Assembly (NCBI GenBank): GCA_964492745.1
Contig: CAZBLT010000001.1
Location: 3,325-67,324 of the forward strand
Source: an uncultured Anaerolineaceae bacterium
GTDB taxonomy: Bacteria; Chloroflexota; Anaerolineae; Anaerolineales; E44-bin32
Direction of reading: 5' to 3'
DNA: 64,000 nucleotides
Shown here: positions 50,715-60,159 of the stretch, in pieces
How positions within the stretch are numbered: the first letter of the stretch is position 1
How the letters are laid out: the number at the start of each line of letters is the position of its first letter
Notes under the pieces: model-generated
What the model was told of the DNA's origin: nothing
What the model saw: the letters and a program-made list of their open reading frames with translations, nothing else
Databases searched by the model: none
Made by a program: the position numbers and the translations under genes

Positions 50715-51647
50715 CTAGACCTTCGATGCGTCAATTTGGCTGCCGACAAAGCCCTTTGCGCCTCGCACGAAGTCCTCGGCCGGCATGGGACGCTTGCCTG
50801 CGGGCTGGACAATCTCGAGATGCAGGGCGCCTGGATTGGCACCGATCGCGGGACGGCCCTGCTCGAGGAACACCTCGCCCGGTGAGGCCAAGCTGTGCGC
50901 CATGAATCCAGCCCTGCGGATGATGAGGCGTTTGCCGGCCCAATCCAGGTAGGAGCCAGGCCAGGGTTCAAAGGCGCGCACCTGGCGGGCAAGCTGGTCG
51001 GCGGGCTTATTGAAGTCCAGAGCGCCGTCAGATTTCCGGAGCGAAGGGGCGTAGGTCGCCTGGGCATCATCTTGCGGGATGGGCGTGCGGCGACCATCGA
51101 GGTACTCGGGGAGAACATCGAGGAGGAGCTTCGCTCCCAGATGGGCCAGCCGCTCTTCCAGCTCGCCGCCAGTTTCGTCAGGCCCTATGGCGGTTGAGAC
51201 TTGCGCCAAGATCGGGCCTGTGTCCATCCCGGGATCCATGAGCATGATCGTGACCCCCGTCTGGGCGTCGCCTGCCAAGATCGCGGCCTGAATAGGGGAA
51301 GCCCCCCGCCAACGGGGCAGTAGGGATGCATGGACGTTGATGCAGCCATGAGGGGGAATCGATAGGACGGACTCGGGCAATATCTGGCCATAGGCCGCCA
51401 CGACAATCAGGTCAGGGCTGAATTCACGGATCGATTGGATGGCCTCTGGGTCTCTGAGGCGCGGGGGCTGCAAGACAGGGATCCCCAGCGCCTGGCAGCG
51501 TTCCTTGACGGCCGATACGCGCGTCCTGCGGCCCCGGCCGGCTGGCCGGTCCGGCTGGGTCACGGCGGCCACAAGATCGTGCTCTGCCGCGATCGCATTG
51601 AGGCTGGGAATGGCAAATGCTGGCGAGCCCATAAAGACAACGCGCAT
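50715..51647 (-). CDS. fmt: methionyl-tRNA formyltransferase
   Basis: MRVVFMGSPAFAIPSL, NVHASLLPRWRGASPIQ. 310 aa. Confidence 0.95.
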   Translation of the reverse strand: MRVVFMGSPAFAIPSLNAIAAEHDLVAAVTQPDRPAGRGRRTRVSAVKERCQALGIPVLQPPRLRDPEAIQSIREFSPDLIVVAAYGQILPESVLSIPPHGCINVHASLLPRWRGASPIQAAILAGDAQTGVTIMLMDPGMDTGPILAQVSTAIGPDETGGELEERLAHLGAKLLLDVLPEYLDGRRTPIPQDDAQATYAPSLRKSDGALDFNKPADQLARQVRAFEPWPGSYLDWAGKRLIIRRAGFMAHSLASPGEVFLEQGRPAIGANPGALHLEIVQPAGKRPMPAEDFVRGAKGFVGSQIDASKV

Positions 51648-51766
51648 GTACCCATCCTAGCATACCTGGAGGGTGCAGGGAAGCTGGGAGCCTGCGGTAT
51701 GGAGTAGAATTACGCGACCTGCAGACCGACACCTCCGCAGATGGTAGATGGCAGAAGGAGCTATGC

Positions 51767-53458
51767 ATGCGCGATAAGCGCTGGGTTATGCCCGAGGAGC
51801 CGCCAGGTTGGGTTGAGGCCGCCCTGGCGGCTTACCCGCCGGTCCATCGGCAGATCCTTTTTCGTAGAGGAATAACAAGCACGCCGCAGGCGGAGCGCTT
51901 CTTGGCAGGGAGTGAGCCCGAGGTGAGCGATCCCATGCTGCTGAAGGACATGGATCGGGCCGTAAAGAGGATTGCAGAGAGTGTTCAAGGGCGCGAACGC
52001 ATTGTGATCTATGGCGATTATGACGCCGATGGCGTGACAGCCAGCGCATTGCTTGCGGAGGCGCTAGAGAAACTTGGCGCCTCCGTTCAGGTTTATTTCC
52101 CTGACCGCTTCGATGAGGGCTATGGTCTCAATACGGAGGCAATGGAGCTTCTCGCAGGGCAAGGTGCGCAATTGATTGTGAGCGTAGATTGCGGGATCCG
52201 CGCCCACGAAGAGATCGAGCTTGCGAACCGGCTAGGTTTGGATGTGATCGTCACAGATCACCACCATCCTGGGCCGAGCCTGCCTCCGGCCTATGCGATC
52301 GTCAATCCGCTTCAGTTGGGAGATGCTTACCCTTTCAAATCATTGGCCGGCGTGGGCCTGGCCTATAAGCTGCTCATAGCCCTGATGGATCATTTGGGGC
52401 GGGCCCCCACGCATGACGCGCTCGATCTGGTTGCGCTGGGGACGGTGGCAGACCTCGCAACGCTCGAGGGGGAGAACCGCTATCTTGTCCGGCAAGGGCT
52501 GCGTGAGATCAATGCCACGCAACGGCCAGGACTGCTCGCGTTGATGAAAGTCGCAGGTCGTCAGCCGGGCAGGGTGGACGCAGCTGCCATCGGTTTTGGG
52601 TTGGGACCCCGTATCAACGCTGCTGGAAGGCTCGAGAGTGCCTATAGGGCGCTCGAGCTGCTGCGGGCGCAAGATATGGCAACCGCGCGGTCTCTGGCGG
52701 AAGAGCTCGATGCAGTCAACCGAAGGCGGCAGGCGCTTACGCAATCGGTTGTCGAGCATGCGGAGTCAAAGTGGCGAGACCGGGAGCCCCCGAACGTGCT
52801 GCTCTCTGCAGATCCGGAATTCCACGAAGGCGTCGTCGGTCTGGCGGCCGCGAGACTGGCTGAGCGCTTTCACCGGCCGGCAATCGTTGGGTGCATGGGC
52901 GAGCGATCCACGCGGGCATCGGCGCGGAGTATAGAAGGCTTCCACATCACGGAGGCACTCGAGGCATGCAGCCAGCTATTGCTCCGGTTCGGCGGGCATG
53001 CCGCAGCAGCAGGCATGGAGATCCCCAACGAGAACTTGCCCGCGCTGGAGGAAGAACTGCAATTCTTGTTCGAAGAGCGCGCGGATCCAAGCAAGCTGGA
53101 TCCCGAATTGCCAATCGATGCGGTCGTGTCTTTCGAAGAGCTCAGCGGAGACCTGCTGGCCTTTCAAGACCATCTGGCGCCTTTCGGGATGGGGAATCCC
53201 AGACCCACATTTTGCACTTTGGGGGTTGAGGTGCGCTCGAAGCGAACGGTAGGAGCCGATGGAAAGCATCTCAAGCTGATGCTGCAGCAGGGAGGCAGGC
53301 CCTTCGATGCGATTGCCTTCCGCATGGGTGAACGCGCCGGCGGCTTGCCAAGACGTATCGATGTGGTCTATCACCTTGAGCGTAATTATTACCTGGGCTA
53401 CGAGACACTGCAGCTCAACGTGCAGGACATGAGGCCGGCCGCGAATTCAGGGGCCTAA
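51767..53458 (+). CDS. recJ: single-stranded-DNA-specific exonuclease RecJ
   Basis: DHH motifs GDYDADGVTA and VTDHHHPG. DHHA1 motif GGHAAAAG. Confidence 0.93.
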   Translation: MRDKRWVMPEEPPGWVEAALAAYPPVHRQILFRRGITSTPQAERFLAGSEPEVSDPMLLKDMDRAVKRIAESVQGRERIVIYGDYDADGVTASALLAEALEKLGASVQVYFPDRFDEGYGLNTEAMELLAGQGAQLIVSVDCGIRAHEEIELANRLGLDVIVTDHHHPGPSLPPAYAIVNPLQLGDAYPFKSLAGVGLAYKLLIALMDHLGRAPTHDALDLVALGTVADLATLEGENRYLVRQGLREINATQRPGLLALMKVAGRQPGRVDAAAIGFGLGPRINAAGRLESAYRALELLRAQDMATARSLAEELDAVNRRRQALTQSVVEHAESKWRDREPPNVLLSADPEFHEGVVGLAAARLAERFHRPAIVGCMGERSTRASARSIEGFHITEALEACSQLLLRFGGHAAAAGMEIPNENLPALEEELQFLFEERADPSKLDPELPIDAVVSFEELSGDLLAFQDHLAPFGMGNPRPTFCTLGVEVRSKRTVGADGKHLKLMLQQGGRPFDAIAFRMGERAGGLPRRIDVVYHLERNYYLGYETLQLNVQDMRPAANSGA

Positions 53459-54141
53459 TCCACAAAGCGGAATCTTATAAGCGTCCAGACGGCCTCGAAG
53501 GCATCCTTGAGGCCGATCTTCTTGCCCTCGGCGTATTCGCGCGGATTGAAAGAAATCGGCACTTCGAAGATTCGAACCTTGCGCTTCAGCAGTTTAGCTG
53601 TAACCTCGGGCTCGAAATTAAAGCGGCTCGAGCGCAGCGGGATGGATTGGATGATCTCGCGCCGGAATACCTTATAGCCGGTTTCCATATCCGTGAGGAT
53701 TGAATTGTAGAGCAGATTGGTCATGAAGGTGAGGAGCTTGTTGGCAACCATATGCCAGAACATCGTCACTCGGCGCGGCGCCCCGAGAAACCGTGAGCCA
53801 TAGACCACGTCGGCTTTGCCTTCCTCAATTGGACGCAAGAGAGCAGGGTAATCCTGGGGATCATATTCGAGATCGGCATCCTGGATGAGCAGCAAATCGC
53901 CGCTGGCCTGCTGGATACCAGTACGAACGGCGGCGCCTTTCCCCTGGTTGCGTTCATGCAGGATGAGCCGGATGCGGGGATTGGCGGCCGCGAGTTCCTG
54001 AAGCACATCGCGAGTGCCATCAGTGGAACCATCATCGACGACAACGATCTCATCGACAAGCCCGACCGCCTGAACGCGCTCGAGGATCGCCGAGATGGTC
54101 GCGACTTCATTGTAGACGGGCATGATCACGGAAAGTTTCAT
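53455..54141 (-). CDS. family 2 glycosyltransferase (polyprenol-phosphate sugar transferase-like)
   Basis: Start trimmed to ATG 54141 (MKLSVIMPVYNE). VVVDDGSTDGT, IQDADLEYDP. Confidence 0.85.
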   Translation of the reverse strand: MKLSVIMPVYNEVATISAILERVQAVGLVDEIVVVDDGSTDGTRDVLQELAAANPRIRLILHERNQGKGAAVRTGIQQASGDLLLIQDADLEYDPQDYPALLRPIEEGKADVVYGSRFLGAPRRVTMFWHMVANKLLTFMTNLLYNSILTDMETGYKVFRREIIQSIPLRSSRFNFEPEVTAKLLKRKVRIFEVPISFNPREYAEGKKIGLKDAFEAVWTLIRFRFVD

Positions 54142-54185
54142 AGGCGGCATTGTACCGTGCAGGAGGAGTGGGCACAACTACCTAT

Positions 54186-54214
54186 TTGCCCCGCCGCTAA
54201 GCGCTGTATATAAT
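54186..54214 (+). promoter_or_regulatory. sigma70-like promoter upstream of the AAA+ ATPase operon
   Basis: TTGCCC (54186-54191), 17-nt spacer, TATAAT (54209-54214). Confidence 0.55.
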
Positions 54215-54279
54215 CGGTTGGCCCCGGAGGGTTTCCCTTACCGAGGGCCGTTTCATGGGGATTCATCTGGAGGACAGGT

Positions 54280-55629
54280 ATGTCCCTGCCACGCAGCCCG
54301 GTTCGTTCGATTGGTATCGATGATCGCCCCTCCACTTCCAACCTGCGATTTGTGCCGCCTCCGATCAGCAGGATCGCCGATACAGGCCTTTCGCAGCTCT
54401 GGCTGCAAGATCTGGCGCTGAAGATCTTGTACTTCAGCGGCTACATGACAGGCTTCAAGGTCGCCGAAGCCATGTCCTTGCCCTTCGCTGGCCTGGTGGA
54501 TCAGATCTTGGAGGCCTTAAAGCGGGAAAAGTTCGTGGAGGTAAAGACCCAGGTAGGCTTCGGAGAGGGGTCCTACCAGTATGCGATTACCGGTGCGGGC
54601 ATTGCCCGTGCCAGGGAAGCCTTGGAGCGCAGCCAGTATGCGGGCCCTGCACCGGTTCCGATTGCGGTCTACAACGATGCCATTCGCCGGCAGAGCCGCG
54701 GCCGGCCCACGGTTCGCGAGGGCATGATGCGCCAGGCGCTTACCGATCTGGTGCTCTCTGAGAAGACCTTCAACCAGATTGGCCCGGCGGTGAACTCGGG
54801 CACCTCGATCTTTCTCTATGGCCCGCCTGGAAACGGGAAGACCTCAATCGCAAGGGCCATCGGGAGCATCCTGCTAGAAGAGGATATGTATATTCCCTAT
54901 GCTATCGACATCGATGGACAGGTTGTTAAGCTCTACGACTCCGTGAATCATGTGTTATCCCCCGAAGAGGAGGCGAACCAGGAAGGCACCGGTTCGCTTA
55001 AAACTGGCGCCAAACGCGATCCGAGGTGGGTGCGCATCCGCCGGCCCTTTGTTGTGGTCGGCGGCGAGCTGACAATGGCGGGGTTGGACCTGGTATTTGA
55101 TGACGTCAATAAATTCTATGAGGCCCCTTTCCAGGTGAAGGCCAATGGGGGGGTGTTCCTGATTGACGATTTTGGCCGCCAGCAAGTTCGGCCGCGCGAC
55201 TTGCTAAACCGTTGGATCGTCCCGCTGGAAAACCGAATCGATTACCTCACCCTCCACACCGGGCGCAAGGTCGAAGTGCCTTTCGATGTGCTGGTGGTGT
55301 TCTCCACCAACCTGCCTCCGAAGGACTTGGTGGACGAAGCTTTCCTGCGTCGCTTGCGGCATAAGATCGAGGTAGAGGACCCATCCTACGAGGCATACCG
55401 AGAAATATTTAAGCGGGTGGCTGAACAGAAGGGGGTGGAGTACTCCGATAATGGGCTGGCTTACCTGTTGCAAGAATGGTACATCAAGCGCAATCGCAAG
55501 CTCAGGGCTTCCCATCCGCGTGATATTTGCGATCAGATCCTGGACATCTCGCGGTACCTCAGCGTCGAGCCGCGGATGACCAAGGAGCTGATCAACAGGG
55601 CTGCCGAGGCCTACTTCGTCGAAATCTAA
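54280..55629 (+). CDS. AAA+ ATPase with N-terminal winged-helix-like region
   Basis: Walker A LYGPPGNGKTS. Walker B VFLIDDFGRQ. Sensor/arginine region VVFSTNLPPKDLVDEAFLRRL. The N-terminal 130 aa are helical (ILYFSGYMTGFKVAEAM...ILEALKREKFVEV). Confidence 0.75.
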   Translation: MSLPRSPVRSIGIDDRPSTSNLRFVPPPISRIADTGLSQLWLQDLALKILYFSGYMTGFKVAEAMSLPFAGLVDQILEALKREKFVEVKTQVGFGEGSYQYAITGAGIARAREALERSQYAGPAPVPIAVYNDAIRRQSRGRPTVREGMMRQALTDLVLSEKTFNQIGPAVNSGTSIFLYGPPGNGKTSIARAIGSILLEEDMYIPYAIDIDGQVVKLYDSVNHVLSPEEEANQEGTGSLKTGAKRDPRWVRIRRPFVVVGGELTMAGLDLVFDDVNKFYEAPFQVKANGGVFLIDDFGRQQVRPRDLLNRWIVPLENRIDYLTLHTGRKVEVPFDVLVVFSTNLPPKDLVDEAFLRRLRHKIEVEDPSYEAYREIFKRVAEQKGVEYSDNGLAYLLQEWYIKRNRKLRASHPRDICDQILDISRYLSVEPRMTKELINRAAEAYFVEI

Positions 55630-55633
55630 ACCC

Positions 55634-56419
55634 ATGTCTCAGCGATCCTGGAAGACGGATGCCCTGCTGGTGATCGCACACCGCGGGGCATCTGCCTACG
55701 CGCCCGAGAACACGATGGCCGCCTTCAAGCTAGCGCAGGCCATGGGCGCGGATGGAATCGAGTTTGATGTCAAGCTGACCGCCGATGGCGTGCCCATTGT
55801 CATGCATGATGCAACCTTGGATCGAACCACGAATGGGTCGGGGGAGGTGGCGAGGCGGACGCTGCTGGAAATCCGGGAGCTGGAGGCAGGGAGCTTCTTC
55901 GACGATGCATTTGCGGGCGAGAGGGTGCCTACGCTCGTGGAGGTGCTGGAGGGGCTGGGGACTGATCTGCTCTTCAATATCGAATTGACGAACTACACTT
56001 CGCCACGAGACAACTTGCCCGAGCGCTGTTTGCAGGTCGTTGAAGAGGTGGGCGCATTGGAGCGAGTGTTGTTTTCTTCATTCAACCCGATTGCGGTTTG
56101 GGGCTTGCGAGGCCATGTGCCGAATCATCAACTTGGTTTGCTCGTTGGGCGGTCAACACCTGGAATAGCGCGGTGGCTGATGCGCCGGCTCGTGCCGCAT
56201 GGAGCCCTCCATCCACAAGTCGAGCTGCTGACGAAGGCGATAGTTTCGGCCAGCCATCGCCGGGGCAAGCGAGTCCATGCATGGACGGTCAACGCCCCTG
56301 AGATCATGGAGCAGTTGTTTCTCTGGGGCGTGGATGGTCTGATTACCGACCGGCCCGACGTGGCGCGAGATGTGATCGAGCGAGGGAGAAATCCGGATGG
56401 ACGAGTGGACGCTGGATGA
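55634..56419 (+). CDS. glycerophosphodiester phosphodiesterase (GDPD family)
   Basis: VIAHRGAS.YAPENT, GADGIEFDVKLTADGVPIVMHD, VHAWTVN. Confidence 0.88.
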   Translation: MSQRSWKTDALLVIAHRGASAYAPENTMAAFKLAQAMGADGIEFDVKLTADGVPIVMHDATLDRTTNGSGEVARRTLLEIRELEAGSFFDDAFAGERVPTLVEVLEGLGTDLLFNIELTNYTSPRDNLPERCLQVVEEVGALERVLFSSFNPIAVWGLRGHVPNHQLGLLVGRSTPGIARWLMRRLVPHGALHPQVELLTKAIVSASHRRGKRVHAWTVNAPEIMEQLFLWGVDGLITDRPDVARDVIERGRNPDGRVDAG

Positions 56420-57236
56420 GTTGATCTGTGCGTGGATCGCCCGCCAGGTCGAAGATGGCGAGGTGCTCGCGCAGGGCCTGGCCACGCCTCTTGTCGCGGC
56501 CGGGTATCTGCTCGCATGGCATACGCACGCCCCGAATTGCATGTTCGCCTCCGCCATCGGCCAAACTATCTGCAGGGAAGGCGCGCCGCTTGGATTGGCG
56601 CGCATTGAGTGGCTATGGCTCGAGAAGGCCATGGCATCATTCGGTTTCGTACAGGTGGCGGCGGATCTGCTGCCCCGCATCCGCCCCAAAGAATTCTTCC
56701 GGCCGGGGCAAGTCGATGCACATGGCAACTTCAATAACATCGCTTTTGGGAAAGACTACTCAAGGCCGCGGATGCGATTGCCAGGGACGGGTGGGATCCC
56801 GGATGTCACGCCTGTGATGGACCACATCTATCTATATGTGCCCCGGCATTCCAGGGTGACATTCGTGGAACGCCTCGATTTCCTCTCGGGCCTGGGGCAT
56901 CACCCGGAACGCCGCTGGGGGCGGGGACCCAGATATCTGATTTCGGATCTAGGTGTATTTGATTATGAGACAGGCCGGATGCGGCTGGTGAGCATTCATC
57001 CTGGCGTCTCGGTTGAGAGCATCCGTCGAAAGACCGGATTCGAGATTAGGGTTGCAGGAAGGCTGGAGAGGACAGAGCCTCCCACCATGAAGGAAATTCG
57101 GCTTCTTCGCGAAGTCATTGACCCTTTGAGCATCCGGCGGCTCGAAATGATGAGCGGCCCAAAACGGCGCGAGGCCTTACGGAAGATCCTTCGGCGAGAG
57201 AAGACGCTGGCGGAATCGACGCCGGGCGAAAGCTAG
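56397..57236 (+). CDS. CoA-transferase beta-subunit-like protein (GctB/AtoA fold), orphan
   Basis: QVDAHGNFNNIAFG...RLPGTGG, LISDLGVFDYETGRMRLVSIHPGVSVESIRRKTGFEI and IRLLREVIDP parallel the glutaconate CoA-transferase B subunit. The active-site signature position reads FASAIG. Confidence 0.65.
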   Translation: MDEWTLDELICAWIARQVEDGEVLAQGLATPLVAAGYLLAWHTHAPNCMFASAIGQTICREGAPLGLARIEWLWLEKAMASFGFVQVAADLLPRIRPKEFFRPGQVDAHGNFNNIAFGKDYSRPRMRLPGTGGIPDVTPVMDHIYLYVPRHSRVTFVERLDFLSGLGHHPERRWGRGPRYLISDLGVFDYETGRMRLVSIHPGVSVESIRRKTGFEIRVAGRLERTEPPTMKEIRLLREVIDPLSIRRLEMMSGPKRREALRKILRREKTLAESTPGES

Positions 57237-57243
57237 GCATCTC

Positions 57244-57272
57244 TTGTGGCCGCGTCGCCGTAAAAGTATACT
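57244..57272 (+). promoter_or_regulatory. sigma70-like promoter abutting the GH3 start codon
   Basis: TTGTGG (57244-57249), 17-nt spacer, TATACT (57267-57272). ATG 57280 follows after 7 nt. Confidence 0.4.
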
Positions 57273-57279
57273 CGGTGCC

Positions 57280-60159
57280 ATGCGTAGGTTGGCTCTGCTT
57301 CTCGTTGTCATTTCCCTGGGGATTCCGATTCAGGCTCAGGCCCGCGGATGGCGCGCGCCACGTCGGGAAAGCGCGGAAGAAATTCTGAGCAGAATGTCTC
57401 CACGTGAACGTGTGGCGCAGCTGTTCATGGTCACCTTCAATGGAAGCTCCTTCGACCAAGAAGACGACATCTATAAGCTTGTTGCCGACTGGGGCATCTC
57501 CGGCGTCATTCTGCGTCGAGGCAAGGACAACTTGGAGGAAACGCCGGACACAATCGCTGCCCTGAAAGACTTAACCGCGGACCTGCAGCGCGTTCGCTTT
57601 GAGGCTTCCGCCCTCGGCGCACAAGAGCTGGAAGGAAGTAGCGCTTCTCCGGGTGGAGGGGAGTACATCCCGCTATTCATAGCGATGGAGCATGCAGGAG
57701 GCCATGCGCTGCAAGGAGAGATCATCGAGGGCGTATCTCCAATCCCCTCCCAGATGTCGCTAGGGGCGACCTGGAATGCGCAATTCGCTGAGAGGGCCGG
57801 ACAGGCCCTGGGCGCAGAACTCGAAGCGCTCGGCATCAACTTGCTCATAGGTCCATCTTTAGATGTGCTCGAGAACCCCCAAATAACACGCCCTGGGGAT
57901 CTAGGCGTGCGAAGCTTTGGAGGAGATCCCTTCTGGGTGGGGGTGATGGGAGAGGCCTTCATCTCGGGCGTGCATAAAGGATCTGGCGGCAGGATGGCGG
58001 TAATAGGAACGCATTTTCCAGGGCTCGGCAGCAGCGACCGTCCGGCTCAGGAAGAGGTCGCAACCGTCAGAAAATCCCTTGAACAGTTGAAGCAGATTGA
58101 GCTCGCGCCTTTCTTCTCGGTGACACAATCGCCCCCTGGCGAAGCACCCTCGGCTTTGGACGGCGTGTTGACAGCGCATATTCGGTATCAAGGCTTTACC
58201 GGGAACATTCGAGCCACAACCCGCCCTGTAAGTCTCGATCCGCAGGCTTTTGGTCAACTCATGTCGCTGGAACGCTTGAAACAATGGCGCGAGGGCGGCG
58301 GGATCGCCATGAGCGACTCGCTGGGAGCCAAGGCAATCCGCCGGTTTCGAGACCCAAGGGAGCAGCTCTTCCCTGCGCATCTCGTCGCCCGGGATGCTTT
58401 TCTTGCCGGAAATGACCTTCTATGGCTGGAGGATTTCCACGATCCCCGCGAAGAAGACGAGTACGCAACCATCCTGGGAACGCTTCAATTCTTTGCCTCT
58501 AAATACGAGGAGGACGCATCCTTCGCGGCTCGGGTAGATGAATCCGTGCTGCGAATCCTGCAATTGAAACTTCGGCTTTATGGGGGCGAATACAGCTATC
58601 AGTCGGTGCAGGATGCGCTCAATGGGGTCGAGGCCGTTGGCTCAAGGAATGAACTCGGCGCGGAAGTGGCCGCCAATGCCGCCACCTTGATCAGTCCGTC
58701 CCTGGAGGAGATAGAGGATAGGGTAGGGGGCAAGCCTAGGATAGGCGAGCGCATCGTATTCTTCACTGATATGCGATATGAACGCCAGTGCGCCGAATGC
58801 CGGGCGAAGCCGATCATGGAAAAGAACGCGCTTGAAAGCGCAATCCTGCGGCTCTATGGGCCTGGAGCAGCGGGAGAGGTGGGGGGCTGGAACCTTAGGT
58901 CCTATAGCACAGCGGACCTCGCCAACTACTTGGGTGATGTTCCTCAGAGCATACCCGAAGTGCCGCTAGCATCCGCGGAGGAGGTCGATGAGGCGCTGGG
59001 GGCTGCTGATTGGCTTGTGTTCTCGATTCTAGATAGTCGTGAAGAGGCCTACGGGGCGAACGCGCTGAAGCTCCTCCTGGATCAGCGACCAGATCTGGCT
59101 AGATCGAAGAAACTGGTTGTTTTTGCCCATGACGTGCCCTATATCTTGGACGCTACCGATATAAGCAAGCTAGACGTCTTCTACGCGCTTTTCGATGCAG
59201 ATCCGCCCTTCATTGAGGCGGCCGCGAAGCTATTATTTGGGGAGCTTGCGCCTGTGGGATCCGCACCCGTAAGCGTTCCCGGCATTGGATATGACCTGAT
59301 CGATGTGCTTTCTCCAGATCCGAATCAAGTCATCGAGCTATTCTTGAAACTGCCGGAAGGCGTCGAGGGGGAGGAATCGCCGCCCGGTTTCACGGTTGGT
59401 GATGTGGCCCAGGTGGAAACGGGCGTGATTCTGGATGCCAACGGCCATCCGGTTCCTGACAAAACTCCCGTTGAGTTCATTGTGACCCTGCAGATTGAGG
59501 GCATCCCCACTTACACTATGGTCTCCGACACCGTAGGCGGGATCGCCCGCGCCACGGTTCCGCTGGATAGAACTGGTTTACTTTCCATAACTGCACAAAG
59601 CGGCAAGGCCCGCAACTCTCAGACGCTGCAGCTCAATGTGCAGCAGGACGTCTTCGCGCAAGCGACTGTCATCTCGCCGACGCTGGCGCCGACTGACACT
59701 CCCGCGCCTACGAGCACACCCTTTATCGAGGCCACGGCGACGCCTTCCGAAGCAGGCGAGGGGCCTGAAGCGCAACAGGAAGGCAAGCAGGAAGCTGGTA
59801 TGGGCGAATTCTTCTTGGCGCTGATAGCAGCAGTGGCTGTGGGCGGATTAGGCTTTACGGTGTCTGTCTGGTCGAATTGCGAAGGGATGCTGCGATTGCG
59901 CTGGGCTGCCTTGCCAGTGATGCTTGCACTGGCTGCGTATAACTATCTGGCTTGGGGGCTGCCGGGAAGCGCGAGCATGCTGGAGGGGTTGGGGCCCGTG
60001 AGCGCCTTCATACTGCCTCTTCTCGCTGGGGGACTGGGGCTGGCCATAGTTCGGAGGCTATGCCAGGCTGGGTACTCCGCTAGATCAAGGATCCGATCAG
60101 GGCCATCAGGAGCAGAGCGCCAGTTAGGCCAAGAAGGACGCGATCGAGAGGGTGGCTGA
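57280..60159 (+). CDS. large exported glycoside hydrolase family 3 (NagZ-like N-terminal domain) protein with C-terminal TM region
   Basis: Signal peptide MRRLALLLVVISLGIPIQAQA. GH3 motifs ISGVILRRG, RSFGGDP, GTHFPGLGSSDRPAQEE. Ig-like C-terminal modules, a Thr/Pro linker and 3-4 TM at the end. Confidence 0.8.
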   Translation: MRRLALLLVVISLGIPIQAQARGWRAPRRESAEEILSRMSPRERVAQLFMVTFNGSSFDQEDDIYKLVADWGISGVILRRGKDNLEETPDTIAALKDLTADLQRVRFEASALGAQELEGSSASPGGGEYIPLFIAMEHAGGHALQGEIIEGVSPIPSQMSLGATWNAQFAERAGQALGAELEALGINLLIGPSLDVLENPQITRPGDLGVRSFGGDPFWVGVMGEAFISGVHKGSGGRMAVIGTHFPGLGSSDRPAQEEVATVRKSLEQLKQIELAPFFSVTQSPPGEAPSALDGVLTAHIRYQGFTGNIRATTRPVSLDPQAFGQLMSLERLKQWREGGGIAMSDSLGAKAIRRFRDPREQLFPAHLVARDAFLAGNDLLWLEDFHDPREEDEYATILGTLQFFASKYEEDASFAARVDESVLRILQLKLRLYGGEYSYQSVQDALNGVEAVGSRNELGAEVAANAATLISPSLEEIEDRVGGKPRIGERIVFFTDMRYERQCAECRAKPIMEKNALESAILRLYGPGAAGEVGGWNLRSYSTADLANYLGDVPQSIPEVPLASAEEVDEALGAADWLVFSILDSREEAYGANALKLLLDQRPDLARSKKLVVFAHDVPYILDATDISKLDVFYALFDADPPFIEAAAKLLFGELAPVGSAPVSVPGIGYDLIDVLSPDPNQVIELFLKLPEGVEGEESPPGFTVGDVAQVETGVILDANGHPVPDKTPVEFIVTLQIEGIPTYTMVSDTVGGIARATVPLDRTGLLSITAQSGKARNSQTLQLNVQQDVFAQATVISPTLAPTDTPAPTSTPFIEATATPSEAGEGPEAQQEGKQEAGMGEFFLALIAAVAVGGLGFTVSVWSNCEGMLRLRWAALPVMLALAAYNYLAWGLPGSASMLEGLGPVSAFILPLLAGGLGLAIVRRLCQAGYSARSRIRSGPSGAERQLGQEGRDREGG

